Below are positions 10,095-19,973 of a stretch of 64,000 bases of DNA, one piece after another. Every line of letters starts with the position of its first letter. Within the stretch, counting starts at the first letter, position 1. Location: NCBI GenBank assembly GCA_965205025.1, contig CBDBFU010000020.1, forward strand, positions 64,001-128,000. The letters are read 5' to 3'. Source of the DNA: Candidatus Poribacteria bacterium (GTDB lineage: Bacteria > Poribacteria > WGA-4E > WGA-3G). Both the position numbers and the translations under genes were made by a program. Under the pieces are notes generated by a model. It did not search any database. It saw only the letters and a list, made by a program, of their open reading frames with translations, and was not told where the DNA came from.

Positions 10095-11534
10095 TTAGAG
10101 TTCTTCTATTGAAATCTTCTCGATTGATTTAGTTTTTAAATCTATTCGAGTAATTGAATCATCTGCATCTATACGGATGATATAATCGAATTGTGCTTTA
10201 ACCGCATACTCTTGCTGTTCTTCAAAGGTTCGTTTCATTAGGTCAATTTCTACTGTTTTTCCTTGATTTCTTATTGTATCAGCAATTTTATTCACAGAAC
10301 TTAACAAATCATTAGATGTAGAAGTAATAAAATAGTCTTTAGATATTTTAATGTTATTGATAACAATATTTAAGAATGCCTCTACAAGTAAATCAAATTG
10401 GAATGCGAAACCTGCTCCTGGTAGTGAGGGGCCTCCAAAACTTTCAATCAATCTATCGTACCTACCACCCCCACAGATTGCTAAATTCTTTTCTGAATCT
10501 TCAATTTGAAAAACTGTACCTGTATAGAAATCAAATCCTCGGGTAATTCCCAAATTAATCTTATAGTCAGTTATACCATTGTTTTGCAGATAATTACATA
10601 ATGAAGTTAATTCCATATAGGATTGTGTAGAAATGTCATCTAATTCTTTGCCATATTCAGAAACAACAGCGTCTTTATCACCATTAATTTTTGAGATATT
10701 AATACATTTTTGTGCCATCTCTTGTGATATATCGTAATAACGGTTCCACCTGGAAATATACGTTTCCTCTGCAATTGCAGGTAGATTGTTTTTCCATTCA
10801 TCAGAATTACTCGCTGACAAGTCTTGTATGATGTCCATATCAATTTTGAATTCACCTTGATAATCTGCCCCTTGAGAACGACGTAACATATTCAATTCAT
10901 CACGTAGAGTTTCAAGATTCATTATATCGTTTTCTATACGAACTCGTGAAAGATGGTCTATATCCAAGATGACTTCACTCTGGTCTTTTGGATCAAGATC
11001 CAATTTCTCTAATAAATGTCTAAGTAATCCAGTATTCCCTATAACTAATTGAGTATTATCAATATTTAACTTCTCAAGTATTCTGACAGGAATAGTAATC
11101 ACCTCTGCATCAGCTAAAGTAGATTCTGATCCAATTAGTTCTATTCCCGCTTGCCGAAATTCTCTTCGAATGTCTTCATTATTTGTTTTCGGCTCTTGTC
11201 GTACACATTGTCCAATATAATAAAGTTTATATGGATATGGATAATCATCTAAATCCCCATTTGCAATAATTCGACAAACAGGAGCTGTTAGTTCAGGTCT
11301 TAATGCATAGTCAACCCGATCAGGACCAACGAAAGTAAACATCTTATGCCGTATTTCTTCTCCTGCTTGGGCTGAAAGCAGTGAGAATGATTCATATAAT
11401 GGAGTCTGAATCTGTGAAAATCCATAACTTTCAAAGGTATCACGTATTATCTTTTCCACATAATTTCGTTGAACCATCTGTTCAGGTAAAAAATCGTTAG
11501 TTCCTATCGGTCTTATAAACGTCTCCATAGTCAT
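10095..11534 (-). CDS. hisZ: HisRS paralogue, probable ATP phosphoribosyltransferase regulatory subunit
   Basis: LRPELTAPVCR, REFRQAGIELIG, RGFDFYTG, GGGRYD; lacks RPQKGR of HisS; directly upstream of short hisG. Confidence 0.75.
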   Translation of the reverse strand: MTMETFIRPIGTNDFLPEQMVQRNYVEKIIRDTFESYGFSQIQTPLYESFSLLSAQAGEEIRHKMFTFVGPDRVDYALRPELTAPVCRIIANGDLDDYPYPYKLYYIGQCVRQEPKTNNEDIRREFRQAGIELIGSESTLADAEVITIPVRILEKLNIDNTQLVIGNTGLLRHLLEKLDLDPKDQSEVILDIDHLSRVRIENDIMNLETLRDELNMLRRSQGADYQGEFKIDMDIIQDLSASNSDEWKNNLPAIAEETYISRWNRYYDISQEMAQKCINISKINGDKDAVVSEYGKELDDISTQSYMELTSLCNYLQNNGITDYKINLGITRGFDFYTGTVFQIEDSEKNLAICGGGRYDRLIESFGGPSLPGAGFAFQFDLLVEAFLNIVINNIKISKDYFITSTSNDLLSSVNKIADTIRNQGKTVEIDLMKRTFEEQQEYAVKAQFDYIIRIDADDSITRIDLKTKSIEKISIEEL

Positions 11535-11625
11535 TACTCCTCAAATTAGCAATATTATCCTCCATTACTTCTATTTGATTCTGAGAAATGGAATATTTAA
11601 CATTGGCTCGAATTAAGTTGTCTTT

Positions 11626-11712
11626 TAAACAAAAAACCCGGTAAACAGGGTGCTCTTTAGGCACTACGAATGCATATAATGCACGTAGGAGAGCGGTTAG
11701 TTTACCAGGGAA
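11626..11712 (-). terminator. Attenuator/terminator hairpin in his leader
   Basis: Minus strand CCCTGGTAAAC...GTTTACCGGG stem followed by TTTTTTGTTT. Confidence 0.65.
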
Positions 11713-11782
11713 TCTTTTGCAAGTATTCTTACAATTAGTCCACTATGATGTATGTTTACTTCATCATTCTAATCCGCCCAAC

Positions 11783-11827
11783 TCAGGAATGGACAGAATG
11801 ATGATGTATATAGAGTATTATTTTCAT
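11783..11827 (-). CDS. His operon leader peptide MKIILYIHHHSVHS
   Basis: ATG AAA ATA ATA CTC TAT ATA CAT CAT CAT TCT GTC CAT TCC TGA; 4 His codons; located between promoter and terminator upstream of hisZ-hisG-hisS. Confidence 0.8.
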   Translation of the reverse strand: MKIILYIHHHSVHS

Positions 11828-11865
11828 AGATATATTAAATGTCAGAAACTAATTTTACCATATCA

Positions 11866-11894
11866 ATTATACATGGTTAATTTGTTTAAGTCAA
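11866..11894 (-). promoter_or_regulatory. Sigma70 promoter of his operon
   Basis: Minus strand TTGACT-N17-TATAAT. Confidence 0.75.
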
Positions 11895-11954
11895 AAATTA
11901 ATTAGGATTTGACTTATTTCTATAATCATGCCAAATTAATTCTATATTTTAGAA

Positions 11955-12611
11955 ATGGAGTTTATGATGGGATTTCCTGTATACGATTATCGCAAAGATA
12001 TAAAAAATGTTCTTGTTACACCACAAATCCGTTCCCGTTTTCTAAAGATGGAACCTGGACAATCTGCCCAACTTCATAGTCACGATCTTGGTCATGAGAT
12101 ATTCCTAATTTTGGAAGGACGAGTGGAGTTTGAAATAGAGGGTGAAACCGAGGAATTAGGTCCAGGACAAATGTGTATCGCCTTAGTAGATCAACCACAT
12201 AAAGTACGTGTCCTCGGGGATGAACCGATGACAATGTACCTGTCAGTTACACCTCATATTCATCCGACACATACACCACGAAATGATGATGGTGAACGAC
12301 TACCACATAATTATGCTCCGTCAAGTGCCTATGATGTAGAACCTGATATGCAGGTAACTGTTTCTGAATTGGTTTCTCGTCAGATACATGCTGCGAATCT
12401 CCTTGCAGAACTATCAGCAACTTGTGCAAAAGTACAAAAGGAGATGGGAGAACAATTAATGACTGCACTTAGCGATGAAAATAAACAGAATGTAATTGAT
12501 ACACGTGAAACAATGTGGGAGTCGCTCTATCCAGTATTTAAAGCCGTATCAGAATTAGGTGAAATATGGAATCAGCTTGCACCTCGTTTATCTGATAAGG
12601 AGAATATTTAA
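11955..12611 (+). CDS. Cupin domain protein
   Basis: HSHDLGHEIF..LEG, LGPGQ....QPH cupin motifs plus helical C-terminus. Confidence 0.75.
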   Translation: MEFMMGFPVYDYRKDIKNVLVTPQIRSRFLKMEPGQSAQLHSHDLGHEIFLILEGRVEFEIEGETEELGPGQMCIALVDQPHKVRVLGDEPMTMYLSVTPHIHPTHTPRNDDGERLPHNYAPSSAYDVEPDMQVTVSELVSRQIHAANLLAELSATCAKVQKEMGEQLMTALSDENKQNVIDTRETMWESLYPVFKAVSELGEIWNQLAPRLSDKENI

Positions 12612-12698
12612 TTTGCGTAAATTCTCGGTTGTATGTTATAATTACGCTAAAGTTTAACCCGAATTTCACAAGATTCATCATTTGAAAACGTAATTGAC

Positions 12699-12727
12699 TT
12701 GACAACGTTTATACTTATGGATAAACT
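12699..12727 (+). promoter_or_regulatory. Sigma70-like promoter of the cohesin/spondin gene
   Basis: TTGACA-N17-TAAACT about 215 nt upstream of the start. Confidence 0.5.
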
Positions 12728-12942
12728 TGTTATTAAATACCTTAGTCAGGTGATGATAATTTAGTACGTAATATATCTAAGTCACGTCATGCGTATTGCC
12801 TATGACAGATATATGTAGCGCGTTAAGAAGAATCGTGAATTGAGTCTCTCAGTGTTACCTCTCCTCTTAAGGTTAAGAGACTTAGACTTGTATCGTATAG
12901 GTAGAGTTAATTACAAAGTTAATGATTTTTAAGGAGTTTTAT

Positions 12943-15402
12943 ATGAATATTCAGCTTAACAATAGGAAAATACTGTTTTCCCTATTGGCTGTTATAATGT
13001 GTTTTGGAATTACAGCGTATAGTTACGGCGCAGCTACCGTATCTATCGACCCCGCCACTCAAGAATCCCCTGCTGTTGGCGAAGAACTTACCATTAATAT
13101 TAATATTGCTGGTGGTGAAGGCGTAGCCGGTGGCCAAGCAACGGTTAATTATGATAATACTGCCCTTGAATATGTCTCCGCTGCAAAAGGTGATTATCTT
13201 CCCGGTGATCCAGCTGCAGGAACGTTCTTTCCAGTAATTAAACCTGGTGATTCGAACATAACAGTAGGTGGAACTTCAATTGGAGCAGGAACAGCAAGCG
13301 GAGATGGTACACTTGCTACTGTTACATTTAAGGTAATTGAAGTTAAGGCATCAGCTATTACTTTGTCAGGTGTAGTTATTTCTGATGCTGCAGCAAATGA
13401 ATTGGAAGTCACAACTGCAGATGGTGAAATAACAGTTCCTGCACCCACCGATGATGGTACTACAGATGATGGCACCACCGATGATGGTACTACAGATGAT
13501 GGTACTACAGATGACGGTACTACAGATGACGGTACCACCGATGATGGTACTACAGATGACGGCACTACAGATGACGGTACCACCGATGATGGCACCACAG
13601 ATGATACGATGGTCGACGATACTGATGATACGATGGTCGACGATACCGATGATACGATGGTCGATGATACTGATGATACGATGGTCGACGATACCGATGA
13701 TACGATGGTCGACGATACTGATGATACGATGGTCGACGATACCGATGATACGATGGTCGACGATACCGATGATACGATGGTCGTTCCCGATCCTCAAGTT
13801 TTTAAGATTACCCTCACAAACCTCACATCTGGTGAACCAGGAGTAGGTGGTCAAATCTTCTCACCTCCCATCTTCGCATCACATCTTGCAGGAGCAAGAA
13901 TATATACCCTTGGTGAACCTGCATCTGAAGCAATGGTCTTACTTGCTGAAAATGGTGACCGATCAGGACTCGCTGCTATAGCAACCGCTGCTGGTGCTAC
14001 ACCAGTTATGCCAGACGGATTTGTCTTTCCTGGTACATCTGTTACTGTGATGGTCTCCGCAGATGCTGTAAATTCTGCTCTTTCGTTTGCAACTATGTTG
14101 GTTTCAACAAATGATGCTTTTATTGGAGCAACTAATGTCGCTCTTTATGATGAAGCAGGTATGCCTATTACAACGACTATTCCTCTGATGTCTTATGATG
14201 CAGGTAGTGAACAGAATACTGAACGTGCATCTGATATACCCGGACCAATCGGTTTAGGACCAGACGAAGATCCTGAAGGTACTAATGAACGTGTTCCTAC
14301 AGAAGGTGGCGTCATCACACCTCATGCCGGTATTTTGGGTGTTGGAGAAGTCGCAGAATCATTTGGTTGGACTGAACCCACAGCAACACTTATGATCGAA
14401 CCTTACGTCCCAGAACCGGAACCAGAACCAGAACCCGTCATACCAACTTACGACGTTATGCTTGAAGCTGGTTTGAATATGATTTCTGTTCCTTTAATGC
14501 CAACCGAACCTTATACAGCTAAATCTCTTGCTGAATTAGTTGGTGCTACAGTTGTTATCAAATTAGATCCAGTATCACAAAGTTTCGTCGGTTATGTCGT
14601 CGTTGAAGAAGATGATGGCTTCGGAATTGAAGGTGGACAAGGTTATATCGTTAATAAACTTGAAGCGGGAATGGTACAATTTTCAGGTAATGCATGGTCT
14701 AATCCTTCAACAGAAATGATGGATGATGAGACTATGATGGATGATGAGACTATGATGGATGATACAGCCGCTGCACCATCACTTTCAATTTTGAAAAATG
14801 CTTGGGCATTTATTGTCTCAAGTGAATTGAAAGAGATGCAACCTGGAATGTCTTATATAGTCGTTGCTAAGAATCTTCGTACTGGAACTGTTGCTACAGA
14901 AAAAGTTACAGGTGAAGATGGAAGTGTCTCTGCTGTTTGGGCAGACTTGAATCGTAAGAGTGTTGTTGAAGCTGGCGACAAAATTGAGATCTCTCTACTT
15001 GATCAAGAGGGAACAATTGTATCCGGTCCTTTCCAACGTACAGTCCAAACTTCAGATATTCATAATGCCTATCTCACAGTACAATTACGGGTTGGTGATG
15101 TCCGTCCACAAGAAACTATTCTTGGACAAAACTTCCCTAATCCATTCAACCCAGAAACTTGGATTCCATATCAATTGAGTAAGGATTCTACTGTATCAAT
15201 CTCAATATTTAATGTTTCTGGACACATCGTACGTTCAATTGACTTAGGTCATCAGTCAGTAGGTTCATACATGCAACCTTCGACTGCAGCTTATTGGGAT
15301 GGCAAAAACGACGCTGGCGAGGCTGTTTCGAGTGGTATTTACTTCTATACACTCCAAACAAATAACTTCTCAGCTACCCGTCGTATGGTTATCTTGAAGT
15401 AA
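12943..15402 (+). CDS. Secreted multidomain protein: cohesin, acidic repeat linker, spondin_N-like domain, C-terminal FlgD-Ig/secretion-tail-like domain
   Basis: Signal peptide; cohesin-like YDNTALEY..GDGTLATVTFKV; spondin-like FSPP..H, LAENGD, TMLVSTNDAFIG, YDAGSEQNTE; QNFPNPFNPETWIPYQL..YWDGKN..SGIYFYTL; AAGGAG RBS before ATG 12943. Confidence 0.8.
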   Translation: MNIQLNNRKILFSLLAVIMCFGITAYSYGAATVSIDPATQESPAVGEELTININIAGGEGVAGGQATVNYDNTALEYVSAAKGDYLPGDPAAGTFFPVIKPGDSNITVGGTSIGAGTASGDGTLATVTFKVIEVKASAITLSGVVISDAAANELEVTTADGEITVPAPTDDGTTDDGTTDDGTTDDGTTDDGTTDDGTTDDGTTDDGTTDDGTTDDGTTDDTMVDDTDDTMVDDTDDTMVDDTDDTMVDDTDDTMVDDTDDTMVDDTDDTMVDDTDDTMVVPDPQVFKITLTNLTSGEPGVGGQIFSPPIFASHLAGARIYTLGEPASEAMVLLAENGDRSGLAAIATAAGATPVMPDGFVFPGTSVTVMVSADAVNSALSFATMLVSTNDAFIGATNVALYDEAGMPITTTIPLMSYDAGSEQNTERASDIPGPIGLGPDEDPEGTNERVPTEGGVITPHAGILGVGEVAESFGWTEPTATLMIEPYVPEPEPEPEPVIPTYDVMLEAGLNMISVPLMPTEPYTAKSLAELVGATVVIKLDPVSQSFVGYVVVEEDDGFGIEGGQGYIVNKLEAGMVQFSGNAWSNPSTEMMDDETMMDDETMMDDTAAAPSLSILKNAWAFIVSSELKEMQPGMSYIVVAKNLRTGTVATEKVTGEDGSVSAVWADLNRKSVVEAGDKIEISLLDQEGTIVSGPFQRTVQTSDIHNAYLTVQLRVGDVRPQETILGQNFPNPFNPETWIPYQLSKDSTVSISIFNVSGHIVRSIDLGHQSVGSYMQPSTAAYWDGKNDAGEAVSSGIYFYTLQTNNFSATRRMVILK
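13447..13782 (+). repeat. Intragenic tandem repeats: 15-bp (TDDGT)n, then 24-bp (TMVDDTDD)n
   Basis: Directly visible in DNA and protein. Confidence 0.95.
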
Positions 15403-15424
15403 GTTTAAGTAATTAGACATATAT

Positions 15425-15495
15425 AAAAACGCCCCGACTGCCGGTTTTCCGACTGCAAATCTATACCGATTAGCGTCGGCGGTGGGGCGTTTTTT
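15425..15495 (+). terminator. Intrinsic terminator (bidirectional-looking)
   Basis: AAAAACGCCCC...GGGGCGTTTTT. Confidence 0.75.
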
Positions 15496-15525
15496 ACGTA
15501 TATGTGAAGGGATCTCATTTATTCT

Positions 15526-18500
15526 ATGAAATACATATATTCTGTTTCTCTCTTACTGTTATTCTCATTGATTGCAAATAGTCATGTATTTGCTTTTTCA
15601 AATGGTCCTCCAGATGGAAGGACTGGTGGTCCAAATGAACTTACTTGTGCTACTGCTGGTTGTCATTTGGGTAAATCGTTAAATTCTGCAGGTGGCTCAT
15701 TAGTATTGACAGTTCCTGAAACTTATATGCCAGGTATGGTCTATGATATTATTGTTGAATTAAGACGATCCGGTCAATCCAAATGGGGGTTTGAGATGAC
15801 CGCACTCAATAGTAAGAATGACCGTGCTGGCACATTCTCTAAAATAGATGGCAATACACAAACCTCAGGAGAAGACACTGATCGACAATATATAAAACAT
15901 ACATTTGCGGGAAACGCCAATGGGAAACAGAACTCTAATAGCTGGCGCTTTAAATGGACTGCACCTGATTCAAATGTAGGACCAATTACCTTCTATACAG
16001 CAGGAAATGCATCTAATGGAAATTTTAATCCTGCTGATGATTATATTTATACACAGGAGGCAACATCAGAAGTTGTAACCCACGGTGTAACAATTACCAG
16101 TGATGAAATCAGAAAAGAAACAACCGATGCAAATACTGGAGTAGAATATACACTCAAGGTAACTAATACTGGTAATGTTGAGGATACGATACAACTCGGC
16201 TCATCTGCTGAGTTCGGAATTGGTGGAGCTTTTCTCGGTTCATTTAAAAGAGAAAATTCTCAAGATACACCAACATCCCAGTTAGAAATAACACTTGATC
16301 CAGGAGAAACAACTGATGTCATCTTCATCGCTTCTGGTGATTTACTTACAAAACCAGGGGTTTATCCAATCATAGTAACTGCATCATCTAAAGGTAATCC
16401 TACAAAAACTGCTAAGATTAACACAATTACAAAAATTGAAGCAGTCTACGGTGTATCAATAACAGGTATCGGTGATTTGACTCAGGAAATTGATGATGCG
16501 AGTTCAGGTGTAAATTATACCCTCCGAATAACGAATACTGGAAATGATAGAGATAGGATTCGTCTATCTACAACAGGTGATATTACTGCCGCATTGAGCA
16601 GTAACATTGTAATTCTTGAATCTGGTGCATCAAGGAATATCACTCTTTCTATTCCAAGTAATTCACTTTCCCGGGCAGGTGAATATTCCATAAAGGTCAC
16701 TGCTACATCCCAAGGTGATTTAGCCAAGACAGCAGAAATATCCACGACGACATCAATCCTACCTGTTTATGGTGTTAGTTTGGTAGGAATAGGTGATCTG
16801 ACATCTGAAACATCTGATGCAAGCGATGGTGTTAGTTACAAGTTTTCATTATCAAATACTGGGAATACAGATGATATACTTGCTTTATCCATCTCAGGTG
16901 ATGTCTCTGGTACATTAAGTCAAACAACGGTATCACTATCTTATGGAACTTCAAAGGATATTACCTTAACAATCCCTGGTTCGGTATTAGCAAAAGCAGG
17001 AGATTATACTGTAAAGGTCACTGCTACATCCCAAGGTAATTTAACCAAGACAGCAGAAATAACCACGACGACAACGATCCTACCTGTTTATGGTGTTAGT
17101 TTGGTAGGAATAGGTGATCTGACATCTGAAACATCTGATGCAAGCGATGGTGTTAGTTACAAGTTTTCATTATCAAATACTGGGAATACAGATGATATAC
17201 TTGCTTTATCCATCTCAGGTGATGTCTCTGATACATTAAGTCAAACAACGGTATCACTATCTTATGGAACTTCAAAGGATATTACCTTAACAATCCCTGG
17301 TTCGGTATTAGCAAAAGCAGGAGATTATACTGTAAAGGTCACTGCTACATCCCAAGGTAATTTAGCCAAGACAGCAGAAATATCCACGACGACATCAATC
17401 CTTCCTGTTTATGGTGTTAGTTTGGTAGGTATAGGTGATCTGACATCTGAGACAACTGATGCAAGCGATGGTGTTAGTTACAAGTTTACAATATCTAACA
17501 CTGGGAATACAGATGATATACTTGCTTTATCCATCTCAGGGGATGTCTCTGGTACATTAAGTCAGACAACGGTATCACTATCTTATGGAACTTCAAAGGA
17601 TATTACCTTAACAATCCCTGGTTCGGTATTAGCAAAAGCAGGAGATTATACTGTAAAGGTCACTGCCACATCCCAAGGTGATTTAGCCAAGACAGCAGAA
17701 ATATCCACGATGACATCAATCCTTCCAGTTTATGGTGTTAGTTTGGTAGGAATAGGGGATCTGACATCTGAAACATCTGATGCAAGTGATGGTGTTAGTT
17801 ATAAATTCACTGTTACAAACACTGGAAATACAGATGATACTATTCGCTTATCTTCATCTGGGGATGTAGCATCTACATTGAGCCAAACCTCTGTATCACT
17901 TGCTTCTGGTATTTCATCGGAAATCACACTTACAATTAACGGAGCATCCCTTGTAAGTGCTGGTGATTATGTAGTCAAAGTTGCGGCAACTTCTCAGGGT
18001 GATATTGAAAAGATTGCCGAACTAACAACTACAACTAAAATCCTTCCTGTTTATGGTGTTAGATTAGTAGGAATAGGCGATCTGACATTTGAGACAACTG
18101 ATGCAAGTGATGGTGTTAGTTATAAATTCACTGTTACAAACACTGGGAATACAGATGATACTATTCGCTTATCTTCATCTGGGGATGTAGCATCTACATT
18201 GAGCCAAACCTCTGTATCACTTGCTTCTGGTATTTCATCGGAAATCACACTTACAATTAACGGAGCATCCCTTGTAAGTGCTGGTGATTATGTAGTCAAA
18301 GTTTCGGCAACTTCTCAGGGTGATATTGAAAAGATTGCTGAACTAACAACTACAACCACAATACTTCCTATTTACGGTGTTATCTTAGGAGGTGTAGGTA
18401 ATTTGATTACAGAGACAACTGATGCAGGTGATGGTGTCAGTTATACATTCACTGTTACAAACATTGGAAATACAGATGATATTATAAATTTATCTTCATC

Positions 18501-19893
18501 CAATGATACAATCTCTACACTGAGTCAAACCTCTGTATCACTTGCTTCTGGTGCTTCATCGGAAATCACACTTACAATTAACGGAGCATCCCTTGTAAGT
18601 GCTGGTGATTATGTAGTCAAAGTTTCGGCAACTTCTCAGGGTGATATTGAAAAGATTGCTGAACTAACAACTACAACCACAATACTTCCTATTTACGGTG
18701 TTACCTTAGGAGGTGTAGGTGACCTGACTACCAAAACTAATAATGCAAGTAATGGAGTCAGTTATACACTTACAATCACCAATACAGGCAATACAGAAGA
18801 TACCTTCGTTTTAACATCATCTGACAATACAGCAACAATAAATCAATCCTTAGTTAGTATTGGGTCTAATGCTTCAACAATAGTGATTCTGACCATTCCT
18901 GCTTCGACTTTAGCTACAGCTGGTGATTATATTGTCAGAGTTACTGCCACATCTCAAGGGGATAATACAAAGTCTGCTGAGATTTCAACAATGACCTCAA
19001 TTCTACCTATTTATGATGTTACAATTTCAGGATTAATGAAATTGAGTACTGATACATCGGACACAGATGCTGGTATCAGTTATAAGTTAACTGTAACAAA
19101 TAATGGTAATACGGACGATGTGATCAATTTATCTACATCAGATGATGCATTGACTACACTAAATCCAAATTCAATTTCGTTGGCATCAGGAACTTCACAA
19201 GAAGTGGTTCTAACTGTATCCGCAGATGCACTTTCAACTGCAGGTGAGTTTGAAGTCAGGGTTACCGCTACATCCCAAGGAGATCCAACGATAACAGATG
19301 AAACTACAATTTCAACATCAATTGATCCAGTTTACGGTGTTATGTTTGAGGGTGCTGACCAACTGGTAGATTCCACCATGGATATATTGGATGGTGTCAG
19401 TTACGAACTCATTCTTACAAACATTGGTAATATTGAAGATACTATATTACTTAGTTCATCTGCGGAAGTTGGTATAGAAGGTAGTGTTCTTGGTTCATTT
19501 AAAACAGCAATAGACCAAGAGATATCTACAAGTCAAGTTGAGATAACACTAAAACCGGGTTCATCTGTAACGCTTACATTCATAGTCGCAGGTGATTCAT
19601 TCACTAAACCTGGTGATTATGAAATCATAGTCACTGCTTCATCACAAGGAGATACCACAAAATCAGTAGATATCACTACAACAACTACTATTAATCCAGT
19701 TGTATGGGATTTGAATGCTGATGGAATAATTAATATCTTGGATTTAGTAAGTGTGTCAAACCAGTTCGGTAAATCTGGTGAAGGTCTTATTGGTGATGTA
19801 AATGAGGATGGTACAGTGAATATACTTGATCTTGTTCAAGTTGCTTCCTATTTTGGTAAATCACAAGTTGAAATAATTGAGGAAATGCAATAA
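15526..19893 (+). CDS. Large secreted protein: reeler/choice-of-anchor-V-like N-domain, about 11 Ig-like (NEW3/CARDB-like) repeats, C-terminal dockerin
   Basis: Signal peptide; GRTGGP..TCATAGCH, WGFEMTA, WRFKWTAP...ITFYTAGNASNG; repeats with YxxTxxNTGNTDD; two dockerin loops DLNADGIINILDLV / DVNEDGTVNILDLV. Confidence 0.8.
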   Translation: MKYIYSVSLLLLFSLIANSHVFAFSNGPPDGRTGGPNELTCATAGCHLGKSLNSAGGSLVLTVPETYMPGMVYDIIVELRRSGQSKWGFEMTALNSKNDRAGTFSKIDGNTQTSGEDTDRQYIKHTFAGNANGKQNSNSWRFKWTAPDSNVGPITFYTAGNASNGNFNPADDYIYTQEATSEVVTHGVTITSDEIRKETTDANTGVEYTLKVTNTGNVEDTIQLGSSAEFGIGGAFLGSFKRENSQDTPTSQLEITLDPGETTDVIFIASGDLLTKPGVYPIIVTASSKGNPTKTAKINTITKIEAVYGVSITGIGDLTQEIDDASSGVNYTLRITNTGNDRDRIRLSTTGDITAALSSNIVILESGASRNITLSIPSNSLSRAGEYSIKVTATSQGDLAKTAEISTTTSILPVYGVSLVGIGDLTSETSDASDGVSYKFSLSNTGNTDDILALSISGDVSGTLSQTTVSLSYGTSKDITLTIPGSVLAKAGDYTVKVTATSQGNLTKTAEITTTTTILPVYGVSLVGIGDLTSETSDASDGVSYKFSLSNTGNTDDILALSISGDVSDTLSQTTVSLSYGTSKDITLTIPGSVLAKAGDYTVKVTATSQGNLAKTAEISTTTSILPVYGVSLVGIGDLTSETTDASDGVSYKFTISNTGNTDDILALSISGDVSGTLSQTTVSLSYGTSKDITLTIPGSVLAKAGDYTVKVTATSQGDLAKTAEISTMTSILPVYGVSLVGIGDLTSETSDASDGVSYKFTVTNTGNTDDTIRLSSSGDVASTLSQTSVSLASGISSEITLTINGASLVSAGDYVVKVAATSQGDIEKIAELTTTTKILPVYGVRLVGIGDLTFETTDASDGVSYKFTVTNTGNTDDTIRLSSSGDVASTLSQTSVSLASGISSEITLTINGASLVSAGDYVVKVSATSQGDIEKIAELTTTTTILPIYGVILGGVGNLITETTDAGDGVSYTFTVTNIGNTDDIINLSSSNDTISTLSQTSVSLASGASSEITLTINGASLVSAGDYVVKVSATSQGDIEKIAELTTTTTILPIYGVTLGGVGDLTTKTNNASNGVSYTLTITNTGNTEDTFVLTSSDNTATINQSLVSIGSNASTIVILTIPASTLATAGDYIVRVTATSQGDNTKSAEISTMTSILPIYDVTISGLMKLSTDTSDTDAGISYKLTVTNNGNTDDVINLSTSDDALTTLNPNSISLASGTSQEVVLTVSADALSTAGEFEVRVTATSQGDPTITDETTISTSIDPVYGVMFEGADQLVDSTMDILDGVSYELILTNIGNIEDTILLSSSAEVGIEGSVLGSFKTAIDQEISTSQVEITLKPGSSVTLTFIVAGDSFTKPGDYEIIVTASSQGDTTKSVDITTTTTINPVVWDLNADGIINILDLVSVSNQFGKSGEGLIGDVNEDGTVNILDLVQVASYFGKSQVEIIEEMQ
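16440..19330 (+). repeat. Intragenic tandem repeats, period about 321 bp (107 aa), central copies near identical
   Basis: CCTGTTTATGGTGTTAG-like starts at 16762, 17083, 17404, 17725, 18046. Confidence 0.92.
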
Positions 19894-19903
19894 ATGGATA
19901 GAA

Positions 19904-19945
19904 AATCCTGAATACGCATGCATTTCTGTGTGCCTATTCAGGATT
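19904..19945 (+). terminator. Hairpin after dockerin gene
   Basis: AATCCTGAATA...TATTCAGGATT inverted repeat. Confidence 0.5.
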
Positions 19946-19973
19946 GGTAATTTTAACTTTTTGGGAGAAATAA

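Noticed and set aside
11636-11712. 6S RNA or riboswitch
   Set aside because: Too short for 6S and no recognisable aptamer; better explained as the terminator of the His leader
13194-13854. Alternative-frame repetitive ORFs (VVPSS, IVDHR, MIRWS)
   Set aside because: Shadows of the tandem repeats in the cohesin gene
15100-15402. Evidence of a true type IX secretion system
   Set aside because: The tail only resembles T9SS-A/FlgD-Ig domains; no T9SS machinery in window, so the pathway cannot be claimed
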